A DNA stretch of 63,270 nucleotides, the filler included, from Choristocarpus tenellus KU-1152 (Eukaryota > Protista > Phaeophyceae): NCBI GenBank assembly GCA_964200185.2. It is 9 parts of 9 records of this genome, joined end to end, with 100 filler letters (N's around TTAATTAATTAA, not from the genome) between each part and the next. Parts side by side here need not be neighbours in the genome. Positions count along the whole stretch, not along the records: positions 32,628 to 39,019 come from CAXNAD020008233.1; positions 39,120 to 51,935 come from CAXNAD020001694.1; positions 52,036 to 63,270 come from CAXNAD020002437.1; 6 more parts are not named here. One strand, written 5' to 3'. The notes beneath the pieces are model-generated. The model did no database searches, was not told the origin of the DNA, and worked only from the letters and a program-made list of their open reading frames with translations. Below, piece after piece: positions 37,691 to 52,057 of the stretch. The number at the start of each line of letters is the position of its first letter. The stretch's first letter is position 1. A program made the position numbers and the translations under genes.

Positions 37691-37921
37691 CCAATCGGTT
37701 CACGTGGATGAATATTGGACCAATCGGTTCACGTGGATGAATATTGGACCAATCGGTTCACATGGATGAATATTGATCCAATCGGTTCACGTGGATGAAT
37801 ATTGGACCAATCGGTTCGCGTGGATGAATATTGGACCAATCGGTTCACGTGGATGAATATTGGACCAATCGGTTCACATGGATGAATATCGATCCAATCA
37901 GTTCGCGTGGATAAATATTGG
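37691..37921. repeat. 29-bp minisatellite, 8 copies (CCAATCGGTTCACGTGGATGAATATTGGA), intronic
   Basis: Eight head-to-tail near-identical units with no spacers. Confidence 0.97.
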
Positions 37922-40900
37922 TACTGTGTTTTGTTGGAACATTACCAAATGTTTGTATGCCTGAAAGTGATTCCATGATGAAATTTCCGTCGACTTTCTT
38001 CTAACCCTAACCCTAACCCTAACCCAGAGAAACGAACAAGGACCTGTCTAGGTCCTGACTACTGTGAAGCAGGCACTTCAAAGAAGAAAAAAAAGTATCC
38101 TGCTATCTCAATGTAGTCAATGTAGTCGAGCTCACTATCAGCCGTTACCCACACAATCAACAGGAACACAAGAGACACTGGATGTCACACTGCTCACACC
38201 TTACACACTATTCAGTTGTCCAATCTACAACGCCACCTACTAGCAGTAGGGTCTTAAGCTTCAACTTCAACTTCAACTTCAACGAAATGGAGTCGTCCCA
38301 ATTGATTTCCATGTTGGGGATACTTGAGGGTGCTTGCTCCCCAACGTCTATCACAGAGATCAACTCTTCTATGCCTCTTGAAGCCTACATCTCAAGTCAT
38401 AATAATGTTTTCAGCTCACTACCCCCAAACAGCTCACTCGTTCATCCAAAGGCACAAATTAAAAAAATAAAAACTGACACTGCAAAAAGTGAATGCACTG
38501 CACACAGAAAATGTGCAATATAGGCTAGGTAGTCTATAGATTCTTGTGTGTTTAGTGAACAGTACTACACAACAGATGTATTGCCTGAATGAAGTAAGGG
38601 TCAAGGACTTGATTCGGTGTGCTTATACCTATAGCCCATATTAAAAAAAAAAAGAAAACACACACACCACCGCAACACTCTTGATAAAAGAAATGAACAG
38701 GAAAAGAAAATTCTCAGAAATGAAAAAAATAAAAAATAATAATTCCTCCTAATGATAAAACATCCACAAGAGGAGTGAGATATTCTACAGCACAACATTA
38801 AACTTTGAAAAAAAAGAAGACAATAGTGTAGTGGGAAACCAAAATGAGCTATAGTGCAAGCAACCATCAACACCTTCCTTTCGTCTGTTGAATTGTACAT
38901 TGGCATCACATTTTTTTTTTTGAAAACTTTAGTGCCGGGTTATTGTTCTAAATAAAACTCCTTGCTCCTTCAACTCTTAAAAAAAAAAAAAAAAAAAAGG
39001 GATCAAAATACCAAAACACNNNNNNNNNNNNNNNNNNNNNNNNNNNNNNNNNNNNNNNNNNNNTTAATTAATTAANNNNNNNNNNNNNNNNNNNNNNNNN
39101 NNNNNNNNNNNNNNNNNNNCACCATTTTGGGTCAAACTCATCCTCCATAGTATACTCCATCCTCAATTTTGGTGATCGACTGTTAAGTGCGTGTAGGATT
39201 CTAAATTCTGTCGAAGAGTCTCAACACGAGAGAAATCAAGACACTGAAGTCAAGGTTAGCTCCTCATACATAGAAATGTCGGTGAATTGCAAGAAAATGA
39301 AAAGCTGGTTTAAAATATAAAATGCCCAAAACCTGGGGTAGCTCCCTTTAATTTAGCTCAACATTAACAAAATGTGCGCCCAGGTCCCCCATCAATTTGA
39401 AGCCCTCTAGGGAGTGATTCCAGCATTTAGCGTTGTGATGTGTAACAACCACTTCTTCCCCAACCAATAGAGGCTAATTTCAGAGACTTCATAATTTAAT
39501 TGTTTTCACATTAGCATTATTATACTGTGTGAGCAGGGCGCGCAGTATGCACACCTACGCCTGCTTTCATTACTCCCACAAGTTCTGCCATGTTGCAAAG
39601 AGCAATGAAATGAAAGCACATAATGCTGGACGAAAAAGGCAATTACACTCCCCTGCCCCTCCCTCTGCACTGAGGGTAGTTGCCACTATTGTAGGGTGTG
39701 GATTGGGAGGCAAGCACATGGCAATAGTTCTCTGCTCAAAACTATCCTACCTCTGTCTGCATTTGAAGTCACCCACATGCTCACAACTAATAAAAACCCA
39801 CAAATGAGTACGAGATTCAAAACTAGGGGATTGAGTCAAGCACGGTGATACAATAATGCTAACAAAAAAGGAAAAATATGTGGTTGGAACCCCTCTATCC
39901 CAACAATAAATAAACGGAGGCTAACGTTCTTTGCTTCCTTGTGTTGCAAGCCCTTCCTCCGTCCCATCTCATCTCTTACAACCTCAGCATCCCACCCCCC
40001 AAACCCAGTCAAACAATCATAATCCACTCGTGAATGACACACGTAATCATTGTACAGTTGATATGCAACTCTCTGTTCAGCTGAGCGACAGCTAACCAAG
40101 ATAATCAGTACACATACTGCAACAAGGAGACAACAGTAGCACAACAACCAGAATCGATGTATCCAAAATTTAGGAATGATCTAATGTCAACGAATTGGCT
40201 TATCCATCCATCTGTGACTTTTCACCTTTCCTCGTTCCTTGAACCTCCTTTACTCACCCCCCACATTTAAGAACACTAAATAGAGTTGAAGCCTGACCAA
40301 CCAATAACAAACAAGCTTAACGAAATGAGCTCTTCTATGCAACTCAAACAGAAAAAAAACGAAACACAAAACAATCACAAGAAAATTATCTGCTTAGGGC
40401 AGTAGAGGTTTACAAGGCAGAAAATAACATAAACTCGGAAATTTCTACCTTCATCAACTCCAAGATTAGAATGCCAAAGGTAACATCAGATAAATGACGT
40501 TTTACAATAGAATAAATGTGCCAGCTATTGGTCGACACACACACAGAAATCAAATGTTTGGTGCATTCTCTCCATCCCCCTCTCCTTTCACACCCTCAGC
40601 CAGCTTTGAGAGATACCGAAACCCCCAAAATATCTGCTGTCACTCAGACCCCCTTGGTGCAAAGCACATAGGGAAAGACCACCGAAAGGTGGTTTCAAAG
40701 GCAACACGCTCCAATAGAAAGGCTGTTTTTCTCAAAGTAGCTGCCTAGCTGGTTGTACTTGTGTATGAATATATCCACTCTCAATGAGGCAACCAAACAC
40801 CCTCTTTCCCACAAAGTTCAACCCACGCATCAATATGGGATACTGTAACTGTTATTTCACCCTCCAAGGAGAACAAATAACGCCGGTCACTCTCCCCCTC

Positions 40901-41033
40901 CTCCAACATCTCTCATCCTCAGCAGATTTGTCAGCAGCCCGATATACAAAAAATACACCAGGCACCTCTTGAAAGAGGTATGTCCAAACATATCCCACCA
41001 GAGAAAGAACGAGTCAACACTCTCTCCTCTTAA

Positions 41034-44000
41034 TCATCGACCTTCCTCCCCCTCCCCTGCCCCTCCACCACCACCCTGTCCCCCGTACTGACGGGCTTCC
41101 TCACGATTTGCCAACCAGACATTGTGGAAGTCACCTCCATCCTCACTTACTGCAAAGTCCGAGAATGTACTCTGAGCGAAGGGACTCTGAGGACCTACAG
41201 TGGTACCTAACCCACTGCTACTCCCCCCAACGACACTGCTCACAAAGCTTCCACCTGGTGTTGTCACATAAGAATCTCCCCCATCTCCTGAACTACCAGA
41301 TTTGATGCGCCTGTGACTTCCATCACCCCAAGGCTGACTGCTTTCCCCACCCATACTACCATCCGCTACAGACATGGGAGTCACCAGGCGTGAGACCTCG
41401 GACGACATGTCGCTTTCAAAATGGTTTCTATTGCCTGCAGCACTTCTGGGGGGCCGACCAGAGCCCGACAAAGATAGAGGCCTCTTTGACTCTTCAGGTG
41501 AGTGTTTAAAAGCAGGTAAGGGTAGACCTGAAGCCGGAGTTGCAGCCTTAGCAGCAGACTCCTGAGTTAATGCTGGAGTATCAGTTTCTGGTGTGGAGTC
41601 AGGGGAGTGTGCAGCATCAGGCAGACCAGCTCGAGATAATGACGGATTGATGTGTTGCTGCCCAACAGACTCCGGGATTGCTCCATCTTCACTCACAGAC
41701 TCTCCCAAGTCTGATCTTGTGGATCCCCTCATAACTGACCCAGCTGCCGAATCCATCGTGCCACTATGCCTCTTTGTCACTGACTCTGCTGCAGAATCTA
41801 CTCCACTGCCATAGCTGTGTGAACTCCTTTCCAACTGCCCCTGCCCCTGACCCTCGGATGTGGTCTCCTGTCGCTGATTGTGAAGTCCATTCTGATTCGC
41901 CCTAAAGAGCGGTCCTTGTGGGACAAAAGAGTACTCACCATCGCCCTGCACAGTGCTGCCCGCTGCAGAGTCGTTATCACGGAAATTATCTCCTTTTTGG
42001 AGAGGGAAGGATTAGGGTTAGGATAGAGATGGGAAAAGAGGGTTAACTGAGGCCTCCAAGTGGGCAAAATGGGCAAGCAGAAAATGTAAACAGGGTGCAG
42101 CAAAGGAATTGGATGAGAAGTCAATACTTCAAAAAAGCCTCAAAACATACAGGTCCAATAGATACTTCAACTTTCACCATGACAAGGATTAAAAAAAGTT
42201 GAAGCAATGGTACAAAGAATGAAAGCTGCCTAAGATCTACAAACATATCGCGGAAGCACTGTTTAGAGGGGGAGGAGGCTGAGTGCTAGGATATCATTAA
42301 GCAAAAGACCCTTTGATGCATGGTGTTTGATAAACATACATGTAGACCTTGAAATAACTAACAAATGGGTGGCACCCCTAAGGAGAAATTAATACTGCAA
42401 CAAGCAAGCTCTCAAGGTACACTAATAATTCAAAAAACAGTAGAGGTAAGAACAAAGCATATCTCTTGCACAAATAGCCAAGGAAGCAAGCAAACATCAT
42501 GAGACCCTAAACAAAAAAAAGAATATTTCTCTGCAACGTACCATGTCTATACTGGCCACCAAACACCTCAGTGCTTCTCTCCGGTAATGTCTGTCGTGGC
42601 AACCCCCCAACCACTGTGGTAATAACCGCAGACTCTCCTGACTTACTTCGATGACTCAATCGACTTAGAGGAGATGAAGGCCTTCCCAACCATCGCAAGT
42701 GGACAAAAAAACAATGGGGAGGTGCAAGCGTGTGTAGGAAAAGAGGTAACGGGTGGGGATGAAGAAAAGTTAAGAGATCATTGCGTGGTAAACTCACTGC
42801 GATGAGTAGGTGTACACATCTGACTGGTTGAGCAAGGACTGTGCAGCAGAATTGGGCGATTTTATGGAGGATTCAGGCTCACATGTCATTTAAGGGTATG
42901 ACATGGAAAATTGACAAAATGAAACCAGAGTGCTATGTAAGATAGGGTCACAATGTAGCGAAGAAAGAATGGGCTAGTCTGCCTGGGATCACACTCAAGT
43001 TGAAGGGTAAGGATCAGTAAAGTTGTACCTCTAACAGTAGACTGAATAGCATTCAGAAAAATTCTGAGGGCACGATAGTAGCTTGCCCAATACCCTTCGG
43101 AGTACACAGAAGAGTAATTATACTGTTTTAGCTAAGTTACCATAGCAAGGTTCAGGAGTCTGCAAATCTGTGCAAATAGTGCATCACAAGTAACCCAGAC
43201 TAGTAACTTTCAATAGAAAGTACTCAAGGTCAAAGAAGAGCTTTCAAACGGCATTGCATGGACAACTTCCTCTCAAAGAGCAAAAACAAAATCAGATTAT
43301 CTACCCAAATCTTAACCCAAAAGCAAAAGCCTTTCCCTCTCACCTCTCTGAAGTTCTCCCTAATTCACTTGTAGAAATCACACTCGCAGCAGCACTGTCA
43401 GTTCCTTTCATATGTGCATAGGCGCGTGCATTTGCAACTGGGGAAGCATGACGCATATCCAACGGACTGTATCATCATACATCACCATCAGAAAACAGAC
43501 AACATGGCAACACATACGGAACAGCGGTGAGACAAATGAAGGTGCAAAGGGGATAATGTTCACACACAATTAGACACCATATTACTTGCTCATGCAGGTA
43601 TCCATAATTGGGAGTTATTGTTACACATATTTGGTACGAGTCACACCACCACTCTACAGCACAATGTAAAAAAAAGTAGTTGAAAACCAAAAAGGGTTAA
43701 CTCCCATCATATGATTCATCTCAGTTCTTGCACCTCATGGCATCTCGGTGATGGAATCCAGAAATCGTACTGCTCAGGTCGCTAAACTCCTGATCATTAG
43801 AATTGTAGAAGTGTTGGTTATGCACAGAGTAGAGACCCTGTGGAGACATCAGTGATGACTGACTCTGCAAGGTCAACATGAGGGAAAGAGTGTCAGACAC
43901 CTTGTATAGACACTGTGGTTTGAAAAAATATGCCCTCATGGAATAACAGGGAAGCAGCATAGTCAAAGTTAGTCTGGGGGGTAGGGGTGGGGGGGTGTGG

Positions 44001-47000
44001 GGGGGTATGGGGGGATAACTAAGGGTGAGTTGTCTAGGGATGAGTATCCTCACCGAAAACAGTATTTAAGACGTAACACAACCTAATGATCAAAAGACCC
44101 TTGCAGTCTCCTTTTATGCACTATACATTGACACAAATGCACTCACCACCACCGCAAGCTCTCACAAGGACGGCTCATCTACCTCTATCCACACTTGAGA
44201 TCTAAATCACCCAATCCACCCCTTCCAAGATTTCAAAACTTCACTATAAACATGACTTCGTATCACCTTTTAATTGTGCAATTCTTACCTGAGAAATGTT
44301 GTCGTCATCAAGGGGAGAATCATGAGTGGCTGCACTGAGAGCACTCCGAGGTGAAGGCCTGGAATGTATTGAGTGGGCTGCCATGATAACTTCATCATCA
44401 TCTTGAAGTGCCTGCGCACAATACATTATTGAAACCAATTACTGATGTCATACACCATTGTCTCTGGCTTTCTTGTGCTCAAAAGTCACCAAACTCAGGA
44501 CCAATTATTCTATGAAAAACGTTCTCTAATGCATGATATTTTTCATTTTATTATTTCCAATTGTTTTGTTTGTTCCCTTTTACAAGTTATCTTCTCTTGA
44601 GTGAGCCACTTCTAACTGATAGAGGTCCTAAAACATCCAACAAAAAGTATGCGCCCGAAAATCTAGTAACTAATAGACAGTCGGCATGAGGGTAATCCTA
44701 AAATATTATATGATTAGTACAGGCAGATGTTTACCTGTTGTGGAATACCCGTTGGCTCAAGGTCCAGGCACAGCACACGCATACGCTGCTCCTTCTTCTC
44801 CGCCAAAAACTTCTCAAGATCCTCAGGCTGCAGCCCATGCACCCAGTCTAGCGTAGTGCTGCACAAAAGGAAACAAATTGTTCACAGTAGCCAAGGGGGG
44901 TCATATCAATCTCCTTGGATTGTTTTATGTAATAGAAAACATACAGACCCAGTGAAGTGGCAGTAAAAGAATTGACCTACATACTCATAATTGCACTGAA
45001 ACCATACTCAAATGATCAGTTTGAAGTGCACTTAACCTAGCCACCAATGCAAACAATGGAACAGAACAAAATGAAACACAAACACAAACATCACACACCT
45101 TTGTCCATCTGTTCCCAATGTCTGCGAGTTGAGACCGTACTCAAGGAAGGTGATGGCGAGATATACACCCATAAGCTGTTAAATTGATCATAAGAACAGA
45201 CAGAAAGGGAGCAAAAAAGAAGTTGAACTTTCCAACAAAGAAAATATTTCTAGAGATTAGAGCGAGTGCATAAGCTCCAGAATCGCAACACACCCATGGT
45301 CAGTGGGACAGTACGAACATGAAAGAAACCATTTGAAAACATAGGGTACATACCTCCCAACATTAACGATTTCTATTCAGCCATGGTGAACATAAACTTC
45401 ATTCCAAAACAGAATTAGCGAATTTCACCATTTTTTGTGGTTCCCAAAACAACTTTCGAAACGCTCGTTGGTGCCCTGATCCAAAGAGGGCTCATTAAGG
45501 GGTATATGGTCTAGTGCAATCTCAATACCAGTACAGATAGGGTCATCCTCACCTGAACATTGCCCTCATGCCAGGTGGGGCACTTTGTTCGAATTATCTT
45601 GTACACCTCTTGGAACAAAGGCACCGCCTCCCTGATCGCTTGACTCTGACCGCTGCTTCCATCAAACATAAGCACTATGCGAGCCGTGACAATGATTTGA
45701 TCATACCGGGACAGTGCGTCTGTCGCATACTGATAGCAACGTAAGTCATTGATCGAGAAGGGATAGGAGGAAATGAGATTACACCTCTGACAATGAACAT
45801 ACAGCCTCACTATACAGAATGAAAACAAACAAATTCACAATGAAATATAAAACCATAAAATTTACACTACAATTACAGGCAAGTGTTAGCGCATGAATAA
45901 CACATCATATTTCACTCACCAAATAGTCTACATTCATGGGTCCAAAAATAATATAACAGGTCATCACCACAGTAATATCGAAACAAATAAGCAATAGAGG
46001 AAAGTGAAGGGCATGGTCAGGCAGGCACCACTATGGTCTCAACGATACACCCAGGTATATATGCCTGAATACCCTACACACTACTTCTGCAGCCAAGAAA
46101 CACACCTGTAGACCTTCCCAGAATTCAGCATCCTCATCCACCTCCGTGTACACCACAGCTGTCTCCAAGGCCCGCCTGAATATCAATAATGGGCAGAGGT
46201 TACTCTCCAAAAAAGAGAAAACTTCAAAGCAAAAAAGATACCCACTAGTCCTAGTAAAAACAATAGCCAAGACAGCACACAACAAAACAAGAAAGTCCAT
46301 ACAAACCCTGCCAAAATAAAAACTTCTTCTGAAGTCCAGGAGGTCAATATGAAAGAGGCCCGGTCTCCACAACCTTGGTCCAGCAACGCACACATAAAAC
46401 CCCATACAATGGATGCAAATCCCACCGACTAAGCCCGACAGTCCAAGTGTAAGTACTCTCAAAACCTCCATACAATCTTGAACAAACCTGGCCTCCTCAG
46501 AGTTGGTCCAATGTGGAGCCAACTGTGTAGCCAAGAGGGACTTCTCATCCGCAGAAAGGTTATCATCGTAACAGTGCCTCAGGATATCATAGATCTCTGG
46601 CATGACATCAATCGAATCCAAGATTGCATGGCGCTCCATGTTCTCCTGGGCTTGCTTAAAGTTGCTGTACAATCGCATGGCACAGTAATCCATGTCCGCT
46701 TTTGACATGTAGAATGTACCAAACAAGCCCAGGGTGCCGATCATCTCCGTGTAAATGGGGTCATTCTTGGGGGGTGTCGCATGCACCAAATTGGTGAAGT
46801 TCTCGAAGTCCTGCTTTTATGAAAGTAGTAGTCGATTTGGTTTGAGAAAAAGAAAGGGTTTGTGTTATGGAAGGAATCAACCTGGTCCAAGCATGTACAT
46901 AATGAGCATGAAGCAACCATGTACATCTGTCTATGAAGACAAAATGACGTCTAGGGAGCTTCCAAAAAATACATATTTGAAAAAAACTCAAACAACCTGC

Positions 47001-50000
47001 CAGTCAACCTCGATGTGAATTCCCCAACAAATATTCCCCATTCCCTCAGCATTGGCATCATCCGTCCAACTTATTGCTGTATCCACAAACAAGTGCAATA
47101 ACGCAGTTAACTTCTCCAATGATCTGTAATCCCTTACCAATCCCAGTCACGTGGATCAACAAGCACAAAGGATCCATTGCTACACAAGTCAAGTTCGCTA
47201 CGCCAACAGACCTTGGGAAAGAACCAATTTTAAATGCACACTAATTTGACACTTATGCAACCTGCATCTACTTTGACCCAGTTTTAGTTAAGGACAGGGG
47301 AAGGGGGGTAGGGTTGTGGAGGGGTCACCTCAGTCTGCGAAGGAGATGGTGACACCTTCTTCAAGTACGATGGTTTAACCCTCTTGCTGTATTGGTAGTT
47401 CCTTGTCAAGAAAAATACAAGTGCATGAACACATCAGGAAGGAAGGGAGGCAAAGCAGATGTGATATTCACCTAAGAAATACAATCAACAGATAAGATTT
47501 TGTAATTGCCAAAAGAAGTACAAAAATGCCTCCTTACAATCATTTGCATAATCATGACATAAAAAATAAATTTGAATAAATACTTCCTGACCTCAACGGG
47601 CATGCCCACATCAAGAATTCAGGAAGTAGAATTGAAACACCTCCGAAATATTATGTAATTCCTGATCAGGTCCCATCCGTAACCAAGCCAGACCACTCAC
47701 CCATGCCTCCGTGAAGAGCTCAGTGGGTTCATGGAGCTCTCCACCTCCTCGTCTCCAAGCAAGGACATTTCTTGCTGGAGGTCTTTCTCCGCTTTTGTAC
47801 TGACAAATTCGGGTTAGAGGTAGGATTAAGGTCCCAGTTACCACAGAAGTGTAATAAGAACTTCGAGGAGTGAAGAAAAAGGGAAGGTTGAGAAAAAAAT
47901 ATGAAAAGTTTGGCAGTGAAACATGAAATGATTCATCATTTGCTGTAGTTGATCTCACACAAAACCAGTTAGGAACATAATCAGAACAATTCTATTGGTG
48001 TCTTACTCCGTGTTACTCCTTTTGTTCTTATCACGGCCTGCTAGCCTAAGAATCTGCTCGGAGCACCCCGTAGCACTCTGCTCAACACATGCCTCGCCCA
48101 GAATAGCCCCGTATTAATTAATATTGCACACAGCGTTGATTCAACTCAACACATTAACATACTTGAGGGAATTTCATTTTATCAACAAGTCCGTACAGCT
48201 TACATCTCTGAACAAGCAGAATTTGATATAGAGATTAGATACATTTCATACTCCAATGCAACTTATCAGAGGACTAGCTAGAAGAGTAGAGGACATTTGT
48301 GGCACCATATGGGCATTTTCACATTTGCACATCAATCACAAGACCAATAATTCATTGTAATGTACCACTGCGGAGCTTTACCGTTAGTAAAGGGTCTCAG
48401 AACATAAACAACAATCAACATCACTCTGAGGAAGCCCAACTTGTGATCAAACAGAACACACAAGGACACGCAAGACAAAAAAAAGGAACACTGAACACCA
48501 AAGACTTTCAAGTCGAAACATCAAAATACATCCAACCCCACCAGACCTTCATCTCATATCTCTTCCAATATCACTCACATACCATGGTAAAACATCACAC
48601 TACATATAAATAGAAAAACTATTCTACAACTATACCTGTATTCCCCCCTTCCCAGTCTTCCCCCCCCAACAAACAGATCAACAACACTACAATGATCAAA
48701 AGAAAAATAGAAAGTTACGGGTAAAATGACAAAGGAAACTCACAGAGCAGGGCACCACAACAACACCTGGCCCCAACATAGGTGCCACCATGAATATCCT
48801 ACTCATATTATATCTTTACCTTGAACTTTCAAACCACAGTATAGAACACAGCCTTCAACCAGAAAGCAAACTTTAAACATACTATTTTCAGCAAATCTAG
48901 ACCACAGACCTTGCCTCCAACATTTATTCTGCGTATGAGACGATCTAAAGTAACTCCAAGGTAAGTCAAACCGCCCAAGCCACGTCAAGGTATCCTTACC
49001 TGGAGAAACGTTGACAGATCAAGCACAAGGAGCACAGTGAACCACAAACCAGAACCAGGAGAAAAACAAAGAACATGCCATAAGCAGTGCTCTCCACCTC
49101 CCCTTCCCGGAGGCCTGCAATTAGTGTGATATCTCCCCCATCTGATAGTGCTGTGATTGGTGAGGCCCCTGTTGCGCTAAAGCTAACCGGAGAAAACTCA
49201 AGCTGAAAAAAACAATCCACCGTTAGCAAAAGAGAAATCAACAGCATAAACACCACAAAAGCAGCACATTCAGATTGCACACCAACGAGTACATGCGTCA
49301 ATGGCAGGATAGTGGTCCTATTGTGTTATATAAGCAGCTTAACAGTGGGCTAATGGGACTGGCGATGACACCCAATCTTCATGTATCAAACTTGTCCTCC
49401 ACTTCAGTCCATCTCCTACAGCAGTGACATCTCAGCCACTACAGTGCCCCCAGGAATAAAAAAAATGCTTAGTACTCCGGTCTTAGAAAAAAAATGAAGT
49501 TCAAAGTACACACACCAGACATGGCAAGGGGCCCGACCTGGTTGAGCTACTCACATCAGTATTGTTCACACCCATGGTGGTGGCCACATCAGTGTAGTGG
49601 CTGGTGAAGTACCTCAACTTTTCAAATGTCAATGCAAAGTTTGGACCAGGGATCACAACAGTATATGGTACTGTATTCACAATGGCCGATTGCATTCGTC
49701 TCCTTCTAACATAACCCCTCCCTTCTCCCCCTCCCCACCACCTCTTCTCCGAAGAATCTGACAATGACCCCAGCCAAGCATGTGAGTCCTGCACAACAAA
49801 CCAAAGAGGAGGCAATTGATTGTTCTGTGTAAAACATCACTTAGTTCGTGCAGAGGGGGTATTGATTACTTTGGTAGAATACAGTATGTATTGTCCTATC
49901 AGCATATATGACACCAATCTGTATAGACCTACGGACAAAAGGTAACGTGACAAGAGAAAGAAAGATAAAGCACAACTCAAAACACAAACAAGTACAGAGA

Positions 50001-51935
50001 AAGAGTCGAAAGACAAAATGGAAAAGGTCCAAAAAATAATTTTTAGAAAAACTCCAGTATTATATTATCAACAACATACAGAAACATGAAAAAAAATCAT
50101 TTAGCCACTCAAAGGAAGAAGTACATGCTTTGAGCAGAAGCTTGCTGTACAGTACCAGCCTCCTCATTACTTCTTCCCTCAACCCATCCCCCTTCCTCTA
50201 CCCATCTTCAACAGTGTTCAAGCCACACCATGTACCTTCCAATTCCTCCTGCTGCTCACACCAACAGTAGGTTTGCCTCCATCATCCACCGCTAACCGAC
50301 GAGAATCCGGAAATTCCGGACATGTGCACACAACCTGTTCATAACAAAGTTTAACAGTGAAAACACACAAGGGGTACTGATTAGTCACAAAGGTACTAAC
50401 GGTGCGGTAGAATATGACATTCGAGAACAGTACAACAAAACAGTCAAATGAAGTTTGGAGTGGAGTTAGGTGGTGAGTTTTAGTGTAGGGACTATCCAGG
50501 ATAGAAATGAAACTCAAAGATCAGAGAGTACAGTCAGGATCATTTACAAGTTCTCATCATGTGTAGGTGCAGTCTAAAGTGAAAAACCTGGACCCACACC
50601 CATGGACCCACAAACATACTCAAAACAGATCCAGGTCAAGAAACATCATGCGACCTGTCTATATCTCAATCAGCCTATTGATTCTAAGAGGATCAGACAT
50701 GAATACAGGATCCAATCAACTCCTGGACAACGTAGACCCGGACAAAGATGATCATCTCAGTCCTAGACATAAACCGCTGTTTGGTCCTTTGGTTTCAAGA
50801 CGTAAGTTGGCATCAGATCACATGAAAACAAATTATATGTGAGCAACTCTGAACATTAATGAAGGATCGAATTAATTGCGACAAACTTTTCAAAAAGAAA
50901 TCAGTGTATCGGAAATTAGTCAACGCCAAAAAAGCAGGTCAGTAAATCGGCATAGTAACAAATCAAAAGAAACGATGCCAGTACCTTCAACTAGTAAATA
51001 TCTTAAGCTCGGAGGCAGGAGGAGCCCTGGAATGTTCTGTAACCACTACTATATATACATAATCTACACATAAATATCCTAAAATGTGATAAACATCAAA
51101 ATGGAAAAACAAGTCAAAAATGAAAAAATGTTACCCTTACATAATATAATAACTCTTTAGCACAGGACCAAGAGCAATGTAACACACACCATCCACAGAA
51201 CCCCACCTGAGATGATTCCACATCAAACGCTGACGCAATACCATCTTCACATGACGCCTCACATCTCACTAGTGCAGACACCGACATCCCAATATCCCCA
51301 TTCAACGTAGGGGCAAACTGAGAAGGAGCTGGAGTGGCCACCGGTCCCGGCGTTGGTACTGGAGCACGTGTGAAGCCCAGTGGGATTGGTGCCAATGTTG
51401 GTGACAGTGTGCTTGGCATAACCGTCGGTGACGCAGCTGGTGCCTTTGTCCGCTTAATAGGTGCTGGGGTTGGCTCTACTGTTGTCAGGGTCACCACAAC
51501 AGGTGACGGTGTCACTGCAACGGGCGCCAGGGTCACCACAGCAGGTGCCAACGTTGGCTCAAAAGGTGCCAGGGTCACTAATGGAGATAATGTTGCCACA
51601 GGAGCCAGAGTGACACCCACAGTAGACGGAGCAATGGTCGCCTCAGCCGGGGCGGCAGTTGCAGCAGGTGCCAATGTAGCCACCGGCGGCAATGTGGGGA
51701 TTCCAGGCGGCAAGGTAGCCACTGGTGGCAGGGTGGGAATAGGTGGTACAGTGGTTCCAGGCGCTGGAGTGGCCTGAACAGGGGAAAGTGTAATAATTTC
51801 CACAGGTGTGAGAGTGACAAGGACAGGTGAGGTCGTCTCAGCCATAGGGGCAGTGGTGGCGACTACGGCCGGAGCAATCGTTACCCCAATGGCAGGGGCA
51901 GTTGTTGGTACAGCAGAAGGTACACTGACTGGGGG
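41034..51935 (-). CDS. Mucin-like membrane protein of unknown function: Pro/Thr-rich ectodomain, TM helix, helical region and Ser/Gly-rich tail; about 15 exons; N-terminus cut by spacer
   Basis: Exons 51207-51935 (TLAP/TPAP repeats), 50236-50334, 49555-49788, 49000-49202 (TM: YGMFFVFLLVLVCGSLCSLCLIC), 48744-48798, 47641-47799, about 46107-46810 (internal splicing unresolved), about 45553-45729, 45100-45175, 44735-44859, 44290-44411, 43734-43865, 42542-42681, 41034-41962. Junction phases are mutually consistent. Confidence 0.68.
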
Positions 51936-52057
51936 NNNNNNNNNNNNNNNNNNNNNNNNNNNNNNNNNNNNNNNNNNNNTTAATTAATTAANNNNNNNNN
52001 NNNNNNNNNNNNNNNNNNNNNNNNNNNNNNNNNNNCCCCCCTGCCCCCCCCGTCTAG

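Noticed and set aside
37691-37921. CRISPR-like array (29-bp repeats)
   Set aside because: Units are directly head-to-tail with no unique spacers, there are no cas genes, and the context is a eukaryotic intron.
51334-51777. Gly/Val/Ala-rich plus-strand ORF
   Set aside because: It is the antisense shadow of the Pro/Thr-rich mucin exon.
3928-52035. Recurring TTAATTAATTAA motif as a biological element
   Set aside because: It is always centred in a fixed 100-nt N spacer, so it is an artificial six-frame stop linker.
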